Assembly: GCA_963798485.1 (NCBI GenBank)
Contig: CAWCTR010000008.1
Span: forward strand, 96,001 to 160,000
Length of the DNA stretch: 64,000 bases
Direction of reading: 5' to 3'
Origin: an uncultured delta proteobacterium
Lineage (GTDB): Bacteria > Desulfobacterota > Desulfomonilia > UBA1062
The first letter of the stretch is position 1, and every line of letters begins with the position of its first letter. Both the position numbers and the translations under genes were made by a program. Shown piece after piece: positions 60,818 to 64,000 of the stretch. The notes under the pieces were generated by a model, which saw nothing but the letters and a program-made list of their open reading frames with translations, searched no databases and was not told where the DNA came from.

Positions 60818-61261
60818 GTGAAGAAGATAGGCATTATCATTTGTGACCGCTACCGCAGTTGCGGAGGAGGTAAGTGCTTCAGGGCGATCAGGGAGAGACG
60901 CGGCGCATTCGCGCATTACCCTGCCGATGAAGCTGTTGAAGTGGTGGGCTTTTCGAGCTGCGGGGGCTGCCCCGGCGGGAATGTGGAATATGTCCCGGCT
61001 GAGATGAAGAAGAATGGCGCCGAGGTGATACACCTGGCAACGGGTTTTGTTGTGGGATACCCTCCATGTCCGCATATTGCCGACTTTAAGAACTTCATCG
61101 AGACACAGTTCGGATTGAGGGTCGTAGTGGGCACTCACCCCATCCCCCTGAAGTATCAAAAAATACATGAGCGTCTTGAGTTTTGGGAACGCCAGGACAT
61201 GAAAGGACTTGCCGGACCCCTGATGGAAGAAGACAGGTCGGTCATGGAGGCATATGACTGA
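60818..61261 (+). CDS. CGGC-domain protein
   Basis: GGAGG RBS + GTG; KIGIIIC..CGGGKC..SCGGCPG..IHLATG..CPH..VVGTH. Confidence 0.85.
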   Translation: MKKIGIIICDRYRSCGGGKCFRAIRERRGAFAHYPADEAVEVVGFSSCGGCPGGNVEYVPAEMKKNGAEVIHLATGFVVGYPPCPHIADFKNFIETQFGLRVVVGTHPIPLKYQKIHERLEFWERQDMKGLAGPLMEEDRSVMEAYD

Positions 61262-61296
61262 TGCCGGTAATTCTACACCGGTGGAAGGAGAAGGAC

Positions 61297-61660
61297 ATGA
61301 AAGTTGCATTTACAACCTCTGGAGAAAGTCCTGGAAGCGCCCCTTGACAGCCGTTTCGGCAGGGCGCCGAAGATTCTCATATATGATCTGGATGCTGGGA
61401 CTTTCGAGATTACTGACAATACCCAGAACCTGAACGCCCCACAGGGTGCGGGCATCCAGGCGGCTCAGAACGTGGCCAGAACCGGGGCAAAGCATCTGGT
61501 GACCGGGCACTGCGGACCCAAGGCATTTAAGGTGCTCAAGGCGGCTGGAATCTCCATCTACACCACCGATGTCGCCACAGTCTCAGAGGCACTCGACCGG
61601 TTCCGGGCGGGCAGCCTTACCCCTGCACAGTCGGCTGACGTGGAGGGACACTGGGTATGA
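61297..61660 (+). CDS. Orange protein (NifB/NifX family); extra base at ~61330
   Basis: MKVAFTTSGES/LEAPLDSRFGRAP..GAGIQAAQ..TGHCGPKAF..ADVEGHW. Confidence 0.8.
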
Positions 61661-62187
61661 AAGGGGCGAAGCCCCATGCAGGGCATATCACCTACATACC
61701 CATCGGCATCATCCGCAGCCCTCACACGGTTCCTGAGCAGACTCCAGCGCAGTCTGTGTATGCACAGGGATGCCTGGGCACGGCTGAGATTATGCCCGAG
61801 TACGGTGAAGGTCTGGACGATCTTGACGGATTCTCCCATGTCATCCTCATCTACCACTTCCATCGGGCAGGCTCCGCGCAGCTGACCGTACAGCCCTTGC
61901 TTCAGGATAAAGAGCATGGCGTGTTCTCTACCCGTAAGCCGTGCAGGCCCAACACCATCGGCCTGAGCATTGTTGAGTTGGTGAAACGGGAAGGCAACAC
62001 CCTCCATATCGACGGGGTGGACATCCTCGACGGCACCCCCCTGCTGGACATCAAGCCCTATGTGGGCAGGTTCGATTGCTTCAAAAACACGATTGACGGA
62101 TGGCATCGCGAGGTGGACGAGGCATCAGCCCAGCTGCGTGGAAGGCGTGGATATCGTCCCGACAATGATCCGGAGGCCACCTCATGA
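61657..62187 (+). CDS. tsaA: TrmO/TsaA-family SAM-binding methyltransferase
   Basis: PIGIIRSP, GLDDLDGFSH, GVFSTR.PCRPN.IGLS, DGTPLLDIKPY. Confidence 0.88.
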   Translation: MKGAKPHAGHITYIPIGIIRSPHTVPEQTPAQSVYAQGCLGTAEIMPEYGEGLDDLDGFSHVILIYHFHRAGSAQLTVQPLLQDKEHGVFSTRKPCRPNTIGLSIVELVKREGNTLHIDGVDILDGTPLLDIKPYVGRFDCFKNTIDGWHREVDEASAQLRGRRGYRPDNDPEATS

Positions 62188-63042
62188 TCGTTGGCCGTGG
62201 CTTCGGGAAAAGGAGGGACCGGCAAGACCACGGTCTCGGTGAACCTGGCAAGGGTCATGGATTCGCCCGTGCACCTCTTGGACTGCGATGTGGAGGAGCC
62301 TAACTGTCACTTGTTCCTCAAAGGCACGGTCTTGAAGACCGAAGAGGTCTCCATACCTGTACCGGAGGTGGATGAGTCCCTCTGCAATTCCTGCGGCCAG
62401 TGCAGCTCCTTTTGCCAGTTTCACGCCATTGCGTCCCTCGATACGCTGACCATGGTATTCCCCGAGCTCTGCCACGGATGCGGCGGCTGCATCATGGTAT
62501 GCCCCCTTGGAGCCATGACCGAGACGGGTAAAAGGATCGGCACCATCGAAACCATGGACTCCAGCCATATAACCCTGGTCCGGGGGATTCTCGATGTCGG
62601 GGTGGCCATGGCCCCACCGCTCATTCGGGCTGTGAAGGACCATATTCAGGACAATGAGCTCACGATCCTGGATGCACCTCCCGGGACGTCCTGTCCGGTG
62701 ATCACAACGATCAAAAATGCGGATTTCGTGCTGCTGGTCACCGAGCCCACACCCTTTGGACTGCATGACCTTTCCCTGGCCGTAGATATGGTCAGAGACC
62801 TGGACATCCCCATAGGCGTGGTGATCAACCGCGCAGGTATCGGCGATGAGAGGGTCAACACCTTCTGTAAAGCGCAAGGGATACCCATCCTCCAGGAGAT
62901 ACCCGACGACCGCATGATCGCCCAGGCATATTCCCGCGGCGAGCTCATCGTGGACGCCCTGCCACAGTACCGCACGGTTTTCAAAGAACTCATGGATAAG
63001 ATCATGAACCATAAAAAAGGAGTGAGAGATGCCCACCTATGA
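62184..63042 (+). CDS. MinD-superfamily P-loop ATPase with inserted ferredoxin domain; extra base at ~62193
   Basis: MIV/AVASGKGGTGKT, DCDVEEPN, CNSCGQC..C, CHGCGGC..CP, DAPPGTSCP. Confidence 0.88.
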
Positions 63043-63277
63043 ATATGAATGCAAAAAATGCGGACACCGGTTTGAACAGCAGCAGGCCATGACGGATGCA
63101 CCGCTCAAGGCTTGCCCGGAATGCAAAGGGGATGTCCACCGCCTGGTATCAGGCGGGACGGGATTCATCGATAAGTCAGGCGGCCACGGCCATGCAGGAA
63201 GGTGCTCCCTGGAGCAGACAGGCAGGACTTGCTGTGGACGTGAAGAGCGTTGCGGTGCACCGCACTGTGAAGAGTGA
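63029..63277 (+). CDS. FmdB-family zinc-ribbon protein
   Basis: MPTYEYECKKCGHRFE..CPEC. Confidence 0.85.
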   Translation: MPTYEYECKKCGHRFEQQQAMTDAPLKACPECKGDVHRLVSGGTGFIDKSGGHGHAGRCSLEQTGRTCCGREERCGAPHCEE

Positions 63278-63283
63278 AAAGCA

Positions 63284-64000
63284 GTGGAGAAAGCCCCTGT
63301 TAGAGAGATCGTCATCATCAGCGGTAAGGGTGGCACGGGCAAGACCAGCCTTACGGCCTCGTTTGCCGTTCTCGCGGTCCGCTCGATAGTCGCGGACTGC
63401 GATGTGGACGCCTCAGACCTCCATCTCCTGCTGAGACCATGGGTGCGTGAGCGTAACGAGTTCATGAGCGGCCATCAGGCCGTGATCCGCCAGGATGCCT
63501 GCACCCGGTGCGGGGTGTGCCTGGAGTACTGCCGCTTCGGCGCAGTGAGAAAGGATATGGTTGATGATACGTATTCCATTGACCCTGCCTCCTGCGAGGG
63601 CTGTGGGGTGTGTGTACGATTCTGCCCTGAGAAGGCCATAGACTTCCCTGAACGCCTCTGCGGCGAATGGATGATCTCAGAGACCCTCTACGGCACAATG
63701 GTTCATGCCCGGCTGGGCGTGGCTGCAGAAAACTCAGGCAAGCTGGTTTCCCTGGTCAGGCGTGAGGCGAGACGCATCGCCGAGGAGCAGGGAGTCCCCC
63801 TGGTGATCGTGGACGGACCGCCAGGTATCGGGTGCCCGGTGATCGCCTCGGTGACCGGCGCTTCGCTGGTACTGGTGGTGAGCGAACCCACGGTTTCCGG
63901 TGAGCACGACCTCGAACGGGTCCTTGCTCTTACGCGGCACTTCGAGATCCCGGCCGCAATCTGCGTAAACAAGTGGGACATCAACCCTGAAATGACCGAC
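63284..64000 (+). CDS. Second P-loop ATPase with ferredoxin domain, runs off window end
   Basis: Manual translation REIVIISGKGGTGKTS..DCDVDA..CTRCGVC..CEGCGVC..ENSGKLV..DGPPGIGCP. Confidence 0.88.
   Translation, partial: MEKAPVREIVIISGKGGTGKTSLTASFAVLAVRSIVADCDVDASDLHLLLRPWVRERNEFMSGHQAVIRQDACTRCGVCLEYCRFGAVRKDMVDDTYSIDPASCEGCGVCVRFCPEKAIDFPERLCGEWMISETLYGTMVHARLGVAAENSGKLVSLVRREARRIAEEQGVPLVIVDGPPGIGCPVIASVTGASLVLVVSEPTVSGEHDLERVLALTRHFEIPAAICVNKWDINPEMTD

Noticed and set aside
63274-63303. Apparent frameshift at the start of the last ATPase
   Set aside because: An in-frame GTG at 63284 gives an intact reading frame
1-64000. CRISPR arrays, tRNA/rRNA genes, IS transposases
   Set aside because: None seen by eye; the only tRNA-like sequences are tmRNA and its 19-bp duplicate (an exhaustive scan could not be run)

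Overview
Chromosomal segment of an anaerobic Desulfobacterota-like (deltaproteobacterial) bacterium; the taxonomy is inferred from gene content. 1-20.6 kb is core genome: a split arnA/arnC/arnB/arnT lipid A aminoarabinose cluster, hemB-ahbD-ahbA heme genes, manC, accD-folC-lptD, a kinase-less DUF4388/roadblock signalling operon, gmhA and tmRNA (tag ADDYNYAMAA). The tmRNA 3' end is an integration hotspot. A 19-bp repeat delimits an integrase-less 1.9-kb islet carrying a nucleotidyltransferase TA-like pair, followed by a tyrosine integrase, a highly structured intergenic region and an AbiE system. From ~26 kb on is a mosaic of sulfur/selenium/metal redox cargo: TauE, FmdE, ArsR, ChrA, an ECF sigma/anti-sigma pair split by a TolC-MacAB-like cassette, MarR-psrABC-yeeE-yeeE/rhodanese, an RND system, FAD/CCG oxidoreductases and a sigma54 orp (orange protein)-like cluster. 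Two UGA-recoded selenoprotein genes missed or truncated by the ORF track are visible: an AhpD/CMD-like CxxU protein (42797-43354) and a HesB-like protein (53588-53881). A DUF166 gene with an internal deletion lies beside the first. Several 1-bp frameshifts at 58.6-62.2 kb may be sequencing errors. All family assignments are motif recognition by eye, not database searches.
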